A DNA stretch of 16,000 nucleotides from Paraburkholderia caribensis (GTDB taxonomy: Bacteria > Pseudomonadota > Gammaproteobacteria > Burkholderiales > Burkholderiaceae). This document shows positions 7,363-14,947 of this stretch, piece by piece (the first letter of the stretch is position 1; each line of letters starts with the position of its first letter). The stretch spans positions 1,044,259 through 1,060,258 of the forward strand of contig NZ_CP026103.1 in assembly GCF_002902945.1 (NCBI RefSeq). Reading direction: 5' to 3'. Made by a program: the position numbers and the translations under genes. The notes below the pieces were generated by a model, which did no database searches, had not been told where the DNA came from, and worked only from the letters and a program-made list of their open reading frames with translations.

Positions 7363-7404
7363 GCGGTTATCGTTGCCACCGGGAACGAACAGGAGCACGA
7401 CACC

Positions 7405-8067
7405 ATGCGCGTATTACTCGTCGAGGACGACAGGCTGATTGGCAGCGGCGTGGAAGACGGCCTGATCGAGGCGGGCATGACGGTCGACTGGGCGTGCGAC
7501 GGCAAGCACGCGCAACTGGCACTGGAAACCACGCCATATGACCTGGTCATACTCGATCTTGGCCTGCCCCGCGTGTCGGGGACCGAACTACTCGACTGGA
7601 TTCGCAAGCGCCGCGACCATACTCCCGTGCTTGTCATGACTGCGCGCGACACCGTTGCCGATCGGGTGAGTGGCCTGAGCGCCGGCGCCGATGACTATCT
7701 CGGCAAGCCGTTCGACCTGACCGAACTGGTCGCGCGATGTCGCGCGGTCGTACGGCGCTCGCAGGGCCGCGGCACCGATACGATTGAATACGGCGACCTG
7801 CTGGTTGATCCTGAGCGCCTGACGGTCATACGCGGAAGCAAGCACATCGCGCTCAGTTCGCGCGAGTGCGCACTGCTGGTCGAACTGCTTGCGAATCAGG
7901 GCCGTCCTCTTTCTCGCGCGCGTCTCCAGGATAGCCTTTACGGCTGGAACGAGGAGATCGAAAGCAATGCGATCGAGGTGCATATCTCGAACCTGCGCAA
8001 GAAGCTGGGCGCCCAGTTGATCCGGACGATCCGCGGCGTCGGCTATGTGGTGGAGAAGGCAACGTGA
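7405..8067 (+). CDS. OmpR/PhoB-family two-component response regulator (QseB/PmrA/TctD-like)
   Basis: The N-terminus is MRVLLVEDD, the phospho-acceptor context is LVILDLGLP, and a C-terminal winged-helix segment is present (IEVHISNLRKKLG...IRTIRGVGY). I prefer the ATG at 7405, with AGGAG 9 nt upstream, over the track start at 7357. Confidence 0.9.
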   Translation: MRVLLVEDDRLIGSGVEDGLIEAGMTVDWACDGKHAQLALETTPYDLVILDLGLPRVSGTELLDWIRKRRDHTPVLVMTARDTVADRVSGLSAGADDYLGKPFDLTELVARCRAVVRRSQGRGTDTIEYGDLLVDPERLTVIRGSKHIALSSRECALLVELLANQGRPLSRARLQDSLYGWNEEIESNAIEVHISNLRKKLGAQLIRTIRGVGYVVEKAT

Positions 8068-9416
8068 TGCGGTCGATCCGGCGACGTCTGACCTTGCTGG
8101 TGTTGTCTGCCATCGTACTGGTGTGGTTGTACTCGCTTTATTCGAGCTATCACCAGGCAATCCATGAAGTCGAGGAATGGGACGAAACACGCGTCGAACA
8201 GGTCGCCCATGCGCTGCTCGTGCTCGACGTGCGCGATCTGCCGGCTTTTGCGGGCGCGAGCCTCGCGCCTCGCGACGACGACGGAGACAACGATGCCTCA
8301 ATGCGGCTGCTGTATGAGGTGACTGCTGCAGATGGACGGGTGCTGGCCGCGAGTCCCGGTCTATCGTCGCTTGGCCTGCCGGCACGGCCGGCCCACGCAT
8401 CCGGCCTGCTACGGGTCGACGATGCGAAGTGGCGTGTCTACGTGCTCGGCGATACCGCGCGCGGCCGTACCGTGCGAATCTTCCAGCAGCGCATGCATCG
8501 CTCGGAGCTCTCCTCGATGGTCGCGCTGCGCATCGCCCGTCCACTCGCTTTGGTGTTGCCTGTGCTGGCCATGCTTGTCTGGTTTGCGATCGGCCGCAGC
8601 CTGACACCCTTGCGCACACTGTCGGAAGCGATCGAGGCACGATCACCCGACAGTCTCGACGCCGTCGCGGACAAAGGCGTTCCAGACGAGGTCTTTCCGC
8701 TCGTCGCTGCGCTCAATACGCTGTTGCAACGTCTGCGCCAGTCGCTGGAGCGCGAGCGCGCTTTTACCGGTGACGCGGCACACGAACTCAAGACCCCGCT
8801 CGCCGCCATCAAGGTCCAGGCACAAGTCGCGCTCACTGCGCGCGATCCGGAACGTCAGCGTCGCGCCATGCAGCGCGTGGTGGAAGCGGTGGACCGGAGC
8901 ACGCACCTGGCCGATCAGTTGCTCGCGCTGGCGCGGCTCGAGGAAAGCGCGCCGCTTCCCAGTGCGCGAGTCGATCTCGCGGACATGGCCAAGGCATGCA
9001 TCGTCGACCAGCATGCCTTTGCGGATCACAAGCAGATTTCGCTGACGCTGCAGGCCGATGGAGCGACCATCGTGCGTGCGCCGCCCGCGCTGGTGCGCAT
9101 ACTGCTAGACAATCTCGTCGACAATGCAATCAAGTACGGGCACGCGCAGGGGCGCGTGGAAATCGCTATCTGGAGCGATCCCGACGCGGTGTTTCTCGAG
9201 GTGCGCGACGACGGCCCCGGTGTCGCGCAGGAGAACCTGCCACGCCTGCACGATCGTTTCTTTCGTGCAGCGAATCACGTCGAGAAAGGAAGCGGGCTGG
9301 GCCTGTCGATCGTCGCACGCATCGTGGCCAAATTGCGCGGGAAACTGGCGTACACGTCCGGAATTGATGGGAAGGGGTTCGGCGTGTACGTCGCGCTGCC
9401 TTTGCATATGCCCTAG
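8064..9416 (+). CDS. Sensor histidine kinase (QseC/PmrB-like, two TM segments with periplasmic domain)
   Basis: TM1 is LTLLVLSAIVLVWLYSLY and TM2 is LALVLPVLAMLVWFAIG, with ~130 periplasmic aa between them. The H-box is AAHELKTPLAAI, the N-box LDNLVDNAIKYG, G1 VRDDGPGV and G2 GSGLGLSIV. The start is GTG 8064 or ATG 8067, overlapping the RR stop (GTGATG), which suggests translational coupling. Confidence 0.9.
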   Translation: MMRSIRRRLTLLVLSAIVLVWLYSLYSSYHQAIHEVEEWDETRVEQVAHALLVLDVRDLPAFAGASLAPRDDDGDNDASMRLLYEVTAADGRVLAASPGLSSLGLPARPAHASGLLRVDDAKWRVYVLGDTARGRTVRIFQQRMHRSELSSMVALRIARPLALVLPVLAMLVWFAIGRSLTPLRTLSEAIEARSPDSLDAVADKGVPDEVFPLVAALNTLLQRLRQSLERERAFTGDAAHELKTPLAAIKVQAQVALTARDPERQRRAMQRVVEAVDRSTHLADQLLALARLEESAPLPSARVDLADMAKACIVDQHAFADHKQISLTLQADGATIVRAPPALVRILLDNLVDNAIKYGHAQGRVEIAIWSDPDAVFLEVRDDGPGVAQENLPRLHDRFFRAANHVEKGSGLGLSIVARIVAKLRGKLAYTSGIDGKGFGVYVALPLHMP

Positions 9417-9974
9417 TCGCCGCGTGATATTTTTCAACTCAGCTTCCTTTCTCTGTTGCAGATGCTGTGGCCCGACATCGTCGTCGGGTCAGTTCGCCCA
9501 TCGGCGTCGGTACAGGCATTGACACACGTCAAAATGAATCGAACTCCCGCAGGCATGATGAAAGGCCATTCGATGCAAGACCAGGACACGTCATCGTGAT
9601 GAGGCCCGGCCATGTACCGATTCGATGCAATGAGGCGCTCCCGGTCAACGGACACATATGCTATGCCGAGATGCATCTCATGAAGTCCGCCAGGACCGCC
9701 CCCACGTCTCGAATCAATCGACGACAAAATTGTTGTCGACACTGACGAGAATCATCGGTAACTGAATTGCTGCATCCGAACGTAGAGAACGATGGGGCGG
9801 TATTCGATACGTCCGCACCCGCATTGCCAGGCACGGTCCGCTATGCCACGTCGTTCACGCGTCATTCCGGTTCTTCCTCGGAGCGCCCCGGCCATAGCGG
9901 TATTGTTGCGGTGACTCTCAGACGGTGACAACCGAATGCAAGATGATTAAAGGTCAATCAGAACGGGAAACCAC

Positions 9975-11741
9975 ATGCCATCACGACTCGCGTTACTGGA
10001 AGCACCGACCAGATACATGTTCTTCACCGGAAAAGGTGGAGTGGGAAAGACGTCGGTTTCCACCGCCGTAGCTATCGCGCTGGCCGACGCCGGCAAAAAG
10101 ATCTTGTTGGTTAGCACAGATGCCGCGTCCAATCTTGACGAAATGCTCGGTATTGAATTGATCAATACTCCGGTCCCGGTACCAGGCGTGGTCGGACTGC
10201 GCGTACTGAACATCGACCCAGACGTCGCCGCGGAGAACTATCGCGTTCGCGTTGTCGAACAGATGGACCCCGAGGCGAGTGCCGACGAAATTGCGACCGT
10301 GCGAGAACAGCTATCGGGTGCCTGCACCACCGAGATTGCCACGTTTGATGAGTTTTCCAGCTTACTTTCTCACGGTGCATCTGACTTTGATCATGTGGTA
10401 TTCGACACAGCCCCCACCGGGCACACGTTGCGGTTGTTGAGCCTGCCCAAAGCGTGGAGCGGGTTCCTTAAGGGTAATGACCGGGGGGCGTCCTGCCTGG
10501 GGCCGCATTCCGGCTTGAAAATGCAGGAGAAACTCTTCAATCAGGCGTTGGCAGCGCTTAACGACGCGAGTATGACAACCATCGTGCTGGTAGCCCGGCC
10601 CGAAACTGGCGCATTGGAAGAGGCCGCGCGTACGTCGTCCGAGCTGCGAGATCTGGGGCTGGCAAATCAGCGCCTTGTCCTGAACGCGGTTTTCCAGGCA
10701 AGCCAATCCCATGACCGCATTGGCGACGCTCTTGATGCCTTGGGAAAGAAGGCTCTCGCAGCCATGCCGGAAGCGCTGCGCCGGCTTCCCACGGATCATG
10801 TGCCGCTGCGCGCAGTGGACTCAGTGGGCTTACCTGCGCTCCGAGCCCTCCTGGCCCCGGAATTGACATCGGTAAGCAATGTGCCTCGCGGCGTGCTCAC
10901 GCACCTTGCACACCACCCCATGTCGGAATTGGTTAAGGAATTGGCCCACGCCGATCGGGGGCTGATCATGGTCATGGGCAAAGGTGGCGTCGGCAAGACA
11001 ACTATCGCGTCCGCTATCGCCTTGGGGCTGGTTCGCAGCGGGAAGTCGGTGCATCTGACCACTACTGATCCAGCTGCGCATCTAGCGATGACCCTTCAGG
11101 GAAATGTCCCGGGACTCACTGTGGGGCGAATTGACCCCGAAGTGGAAACCAGGAAGTATGTGGACAAGATCGTGGCTGCACGTGCGCCCCGAATGACAGA
11201 GGACGAGAAGGCACTGCTCATTGAGGACCTACGATCCCCCTGTACTGAAGAGGTCGCTGTGTTTCATGCCTTCTCGCATGTCGTGTCTCAGGCTGGCAGC
11301 TCATTCGTGGTACTGGATACCGCTCCGACCGGTCACTCTCTGTTGCTGATGGACGCCGCGGGCGCCTACCATCGTCAGATGGTACGCGCGTTTGACGACA
11401 AGGCTCCCGGCCGCATCGTGACACCGTTGATGCGATTGCAAGATACTAACTACACGAGGATCATCCTGGTCACGTTGCCAGAAACGACGCCGGTGTCACA
11501 GGCAGCGGCATTGCAGGAAGATCTACGCAGGGCCGATATCGAACCATTTGCATGGGTGGTCAACCGGTCATTGCTGGCCACGGATACTAATGACTCAGTG
11601 CTGCTGGCGCGTTTGAACAGTGAAAGAAAGCAAATGGAGCGGGTGGCAACGCTATCGAAACATGGGGTCTATGTGGTTCCATGGCGAGCCGATCCACCGG
11701 TGGGAATCCTTGGGCTTGAAAAGCTACTTGAAGGCGACTGA
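9975..11741 (+). CDS. arsA: Arsenite/antimonite-stimulated pump ATPase ArsA (two-halves architecture)
   Basis: The 588-aa protein has two P-loops (GKGGVGKTSV, GKGGVGKTTI) and two signal-transduction motifs (DTAPTGHTLRLL, DTAPTGHSLLLM). It aligns by eye along its whole length to R773 ArsA. The three metalloid-binding Cys contexts are all present: LSGACTTEIATFDEF, GASCLGP and LRSPCTEEVAVFHAF. Confidence 0.92.
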   Translation: MPSRLALLEAPTRYMFFTGKGGVGKTSVSTAVAIALADAGKKILLVSTDAASNLDEMLGIELINTPVPVPGVVGLRVLNIDPDVAAENYRVRVVEQMDPEASADEIATVREQLSGACTTEIATFDEFSSLLSHGASDFDHVVFDTAPTGHTLRLLSLPKAWSGFLKGNDRGASCLGPHSGLKMQEKLFNQALAALNDASMTTIVLVARPETGALEEAARTSSELRDLGLANQRLVLNAVFQASQSHDRIGDALDALGKKALAAMPEALRRLPTDHVPLRAVDSVGLPALRALLAPELTSVSNVPRGVLTHLAHHPMSELVKELAHADRGLIMVMGKGGVGKTTIASAIALGLVRSGKSVHLTTTDPAAHLAMTLQGNVPGLTVGRIDPEVETRKYVDKIVAARAPRMTEDEKALLIEDLRSPCTEEVAVFHAFSHVVSQAGSSFVVLDTAPTGHSLLLMDAAGAYHRQMVRAFDDKAPGRIVTPLMRLQDTNYTRIILVTLPETTPVSQAAALQEDLRRADIEPFAWVVNRSLLATDTNDSVLLARLNSERKQMERVATLSKHGVYVVPWRADPPVGILGLEKLLEGD

Positions 11742-11806
11742 CGGCCGAGGCTGCCTTTGAAGCATGTACACGCGCCTTGGGCAGGCCGGAACCGGACATT
11801 TCTTAT

Positions 11807-13162
11807 ATGGTCGCCTCCCATTTGCAAGGCAATTGTGCATGGCGAGGAGGGTGGTTGCGGACTTATATCCGGACTCGATCGCGGGCATGCCCGCCGGCCC
11901 CGATGGATTTCGCCGCAAGGGTCCTAATCTAATTGGCGGACTCGAAGTCCGAGAAATGTCTCAGGCTTGCCCTTGCACGGTCCAACCTGTCTTGCCATCG
12001 TTCAATTTACCTGTGCAACCGTGAATGGTTAAAGCGTGTGCCTGGGGGCCGTCACTGTGCCGGTGTCGACTGATACGTTCGCCCATACGCCAGCAGTGCC
12101 CAGATCGTTCGCGCCATCTTGTTGGCCAGCGCGACAGCGACGACGTTCGTGGGACGTCGGGCCAACAGTGCACGCAGTCGTTCCGGCAGATGTTTCGCCG
12201 CTGAGATGACGAATCGGGCGCCGTGGATCAGCAGCGTTCGTAAATACACGTCACCGCGTTTGCTGATGCCACCGAGCTTCACCTTGCCGCCAGAACCGTT
12301 CTGTCGTGGCACCAGGCCCAGATAAGCGGCAAACTCTCGCCCTGAACGGAACGTCTTTGCCTGTCCGATCACAGATACCGCCGCAGTCGCGGTGAGCACA
12401 CCCACGCCAGGAATCTCCGAGATGCGACGGCATGCGTCGTCGTTGCGCCGCCAGTCGAGAATGCGACGTTCGAGCCGTGCGATCTGCTCGTCGAGTTCAC
12501 GAAGTCGCGAGAATTGATCCTGCAGGCTGTCTGCGAGCATAGCTGGCAGCTGGTCGGCCAGTGAGGCCAGCGCGAGTTTGGCGGCCTCGATTGATGCCCG
12601 GCGCCCCTGAGGCAGGACGACTCCGAATTCATAGAGCAGTCCACGAAGCTGGTTGACCTGCATGACGCGAATGCGGACCAGTTGTTGGCGGATGCGGTGC
12701 ATTGCGAGCATGGCCTGCTGGTCTTCGGTCTTGACGGCCACGAACCGCATGCCTGGACGCTGGGCGGCTTCCCAGATCGCCGCAGCGTCGGCTGCGTCAT
12801 TCTTGTTCGACTTCACGAACGGCCGCACGAACTGGGCTGCGATGAGCCGCACGTCGTGGCCAAGTCGCGCCAGGACGCGGGCCCAGTGATGGGCGCTGCC
12901 ACAGGCTTCCATGACGACACGACTCGCAGGCCGGTTGGCAAAGAACGGCACGAGCTGGGCGCGTTTGAGAACCTTGCTGCGAATCGTGCCAGTATCTGGC
13001 TCGACATAGTGAATCTGGAATACGCGTTTGGCCAGGTCGATGGCAATGGTCGTGGGTTCCATCTGGTTCTCCTTGACGGCAGGACTGCCGAACCAGCAAT
13101 GTCGCACGTTCAGCCCACGGGCCTGCGGCGTTGAGCGGCCCGTTAAGGCGGGAGGCGACCAT
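11807..13162 (-). mobile_element. IS110-family insertion sequence (IS1111-like architecture); minimum extent defined by subterminal inverted repeats
   Basis: A perfect 13-bp inverted repeat, ATGGTCGCCTCCC (11807-11819) and GGGAGGCGACCAT (13150-13162), brackets the IS110-type transposase gene. That leaves ~100 nt of 5' and ~245 nt of 3' non-coding DNA inside the repeats. The true termini probably lie a little outside the repeats, between 11742 and 13205. Confidence 0.7.
12052..13062 (-). CDS. IS110-family (DEDD) transposase/recombinase
   Basis: The N-terminus is IAIDLAKRVFQIH...VVMEACGSAHHWAR...FVRPFVKSNKNDAADAAAIWEA. The C-terminal domain has IPGVGVLTATAAV...FAAYLGLVPRQNGSGGK...ISKRGDVYLRTLL. 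I prefer the start MEPTT at 13062, with AGGAGA 6 nt upstream. The track start at 13167 would run through the inverted repeat. Confidence 0.9.
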   Translation of the reverse strand: MEPTTIAIDLAKRVFQIHYVEPDTGTIRSKVLKRAQLVPFFANRPASRVVMEACGSAHHWARVLARLGHDVRLIAAQFVRPFVKSNKNDAADAAAIWEAAQRPGMRFVAVKTEDQQAMLAMHRIRQQLVRIRVMQVNQLRGLLYEFGVVLPQGRRASIEAAKLALASLADQLPAMLADSLQDQFSRLRELDEQIARLERRILDWRRNDDACRRISEIPGVGVLTATAAVSVIGQAKTFRSGREFAAYLGLVPRQNGSGGKVKLGGISKRGDVYLRTLLIHGARFVISAAKHLPERLRALLARRPTNVVAVALANKMARTIWALLAYGRTYQSTPAQ

Positions 13163-13205
13163 TCCATCTATTTGGGACCTACATTTGGTGTCAAAGCCAG
13201 ATTGA

Positions 13206-14845
13206 AATGTCGTAGCGCCGGCTATTTACAGATGTCGTGTTTCTGACGTTGGGTCTGGGTCTGTCTTTCATGGTTTGAATCTCACGCAGTGTCGAAGGAT
13301 GCGGATTGAACGGGCAGGGCGTGTCAGTCCGTTCAGTGAGTGCGTGCGGACCGCTGGCCAGGTGTGGAAAGCGCCTTCGACGGCTGCGCGATCTGCACGA
13401 TTGCCTGATCCAGATCGTCGCGCGTGAACTCGCGCGGTTTCTTCGTGCCGGGCAGCCGGTCCTTCGCGCGCGGTGCCACGCCCCGGTTGGTACGCGACGG
13501 CGAGCCCGAGATGCGCCGGTCATCACGCTGCGCCTGCAGCGCCTGCGCGACCTGTAGCGCGTGAGCCAGCCGCTTGTGCTCGATCACCGCGCCCTGATCG
13601 ACTTCCGCGAGCTTGTCGTAGCGCCGGCACGCCAGCACCTGACCATCGGCGCGGATCTCGATGCGCCCGTCCGGGTACTCCCACACGTCAATGTAGCGGT
13701 GAACCAGCGCGCGGTTGGCCGGCGTGTCTTCCAGCAGGTACATGACCCGGTCGTATTGCACCGTCAGTGACTTCGTCACACGGCGCGTCTCGCGCCAGGT
13801 CATCAGCCGGTCCAGATCCTCATCGTCACGCAACGGCCGGTGTGCGTCGAACGTGCTTCTCGGCGGCTTCGCGAAACGCGCGTTGTAGGCCGCGATAAAG
13901 CAGGGCGCGTACGCGTTGGCGTCAGCGACCGTGCTGATGCCCTTCAGGCGCAACTCCTTGACGAGCCGGTCCTGCAGCGTCAGGTGCGCACGCTCCACAC
14001 GACCCTTCGCGGAACTCGAGTTCGCGCAGAACGTATCGATGTTCAGTTCGTACATCGCGCGGCCAAAGTGCGTCACGCTGCGCCCCGTCTTGCCGGCGCA
14101 CGTGCTGCGGAACACGCTCGCGCGGTCGCTGTAGAACGCCACCGGCTTGCCATGGCGCTCGAGGTACGCGCGCGTCGCCTCGAAATAGCTGAAGGTCGAC
14201 TCGGTGGCCGTGAAGTGCAACTGCATCAGCCGGCTGGTCGCATCATCGACATACACCAGCAGCGTGCAGGCCGGCGCGCGGTCCTCGAACCAGCGGTGAT
14301 CGCTGCCGTCGATCTGCACCAGTTCGCCCAGGCAGGCGCGCCGCGCCCGTGGCTGGTAGAGCTTCGGCGGACGCTGTTTGCGCGGCACCCACAGTCCGCC
14401 CTCGGTCATCAGTCGCCTGACCGTCTCCTTGGCCAGCCGGATGCCGTGACATTCCTCGAGCTTCTCGCGCGCCAGCGTCGGCCCAAAATCCGCGTAGCGC
14501 TCGCGGACGATCGTCAGGGCCCGCACCGCCAGCCCTGCGTCGAGCTTGCGGTTACCCGGTCGGCCACGTCTGCCGGAGGCCACGCCGGATGGCCCACGCT
14601 CCCGATACCGGGTCACCAGACGTTCGACCTGGCGCACGGTCAGGCCCAGCCGTTCGGCGGCACGGCCGGGCTTCAGGCCGATCTCAACGATGGCCTGGAT
14701 AACCTTCAGCCTGTCCAGTTCGCGCATGCTCAGACTCACCAGTGTGGTGTCCGGCTTCATGGCTGGCTCCCGCATGGTTGCAGCACGGTGCCAGCTTGCC
14801 AGCGTTCAGAAACACGACATCTGTAAATAGCCAGAACACGACATT
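13206..14845 (-). mobile_element. ISNCY-like insertion sequence (~1.64 kb)
   Basis: The perfect 27-bp terminal inverted repeat GGCTATTTACAGATGTCGTGTTTCTGA occurs at 13220-13246, with its reverse complement at 14806-14832. Outside it, a further inverted 8-mer AATGTCGT is found at 13206-13213 and 14838-14845. The element encloses a single DDE transposase gene. Confidence 0.8.
13333..14775 (-). CDS. ISNCY-family DDE (rve/integrase-core) transposase with N-terminal HTH
   Basis: The N-terminal HTH region is MRELDRLKVIQAIVEIGLKPGRAAERLGLTVRQVERLVTRYRERG. The catalytic segments are LVQIDGSDHRWFE, VAFYSDRASVF and AKGRVERAHLTLQDRL. The start may be 14760 (MKPDTT), which has GGGAG 6 nt upstream. Confidence 0.85.
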   Translation of the reverse strand: MREPAMKPDTTLVSLSMRELDRLKVIQAIVEIGLKPGRAAERLGLTVRQVERLVTRYRERGPSGVASGRRGRPGNRKLDAGLAVRALTIVRERYADFGPTLAREKLEECHGIRLAKETVRRLMTEGGLWVPRKQRPPKLYQPRARRACLGELVQIDGSDHRWFEDRAPACTLLVYVDDATSRLMQLHFTATESTFSYFEATRAYLERHGKPVAFYSDRASVFRSTCAGKTGRSVTHFGRAMYELNIDTFCANSSSAKGRVERAHLTLQDRLVKELRLKGISTVADANAYAPCFIAAYNARFAKPPRSTFDAHRPLRDDEDLDRLMTWRETRRVTKSLTVQYDRVMYLLEDTPANRALVHRYIDVWEYPDGRIEIRADGQVLACRRYDKLAEVDQGAVIEHKRLAHALQVAQALQAQRDDRRISGSPSRTNRGVAPRAKDRLPGTKKPREFTRDDLDQAIVQIAQPSKALSTPGQRSARTH

Positions 14846-14947
14846 AGGATAGAGCCGCTACAGATTTTTTGTTGATAATTTATGTTATGTCAAATCTAGA
14901 ATCGCAGCAAAAAGCAAACACAGCCCAAAGGCCCCACAAAACCCACC

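Noticed and set aside
7588-8646. 352-aa ORF on the minus strand
   Set aside because: It is antisense to the response-regulator and kinase genes. Its Arg/Pro/Ala-rich composition makes it a GC-driven shadow ORF.
9434-9742. 102-aa minus-strand ORF, and the overlapping 92-aa plus-strand ORF, in the kinase-arsA spacer
   Set aside because: There is no Shine-Dalgarno sequence, no motif and a mixed composition. The two ORFs mutually overlap, which suggests chance open frames. I kept the region only as a finding to be checked.
11922-11928. TCCTAAT, which matches the 7 nt just outside the ISNCY right end (rc of 14843-14849). I first read this as the split half of an ISNCY inverted repeat, interrupted by IS110 insertion at about 11929
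   Set aside because: The much stronger 13-bp perfect inverted repeat (11807-11819 / 13150-13162) places 11922-11928 inside the IS110-family element. A 7-mer match is within chance expectation, and no target duplication supported the model.
13063-13167. N-terminal 35-codon extension of the IS110 transposase ORF (track start 13167)
   Set aside because: The extension runs through the subterminal inverted repeat and lacks a Shine-Dalgarno sequence. The internal ATG at 13062 has AGGAGA upstream and gives the canonical family N-terminus.
13166-13194. Perfect TTGACA (rc of 13189-13194) upstream of the IS110 transposase, considered as a promoter -35
   Set aside because: The best -10 candidates at 17-18 bp (ATAGAT, TAGATG) are poor. 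The hexamer lies outside the subterminal repeat, where I cannot tell element from flank, so there is not enough support to call a promoter.
13840-14826. 328-aa ORF on the plus strand
   Set aside because: It is antisense to the ISNCY transposase gene, whose HTH and DDE motifs are clear. The composition is typical of a shadow frame.
14862-14898. AT-rich patch with AGATTT...AAATCT inverted 6-mers and a TTGATA-N19-TAGAAT promoter-like arrangement
   Set aside because: The arms are short, the 19-bp spacer is non-optimal, and any transcript would run antisense into the hypothetical gene. It is most simply AT-rich junction DNA next to the IS end.
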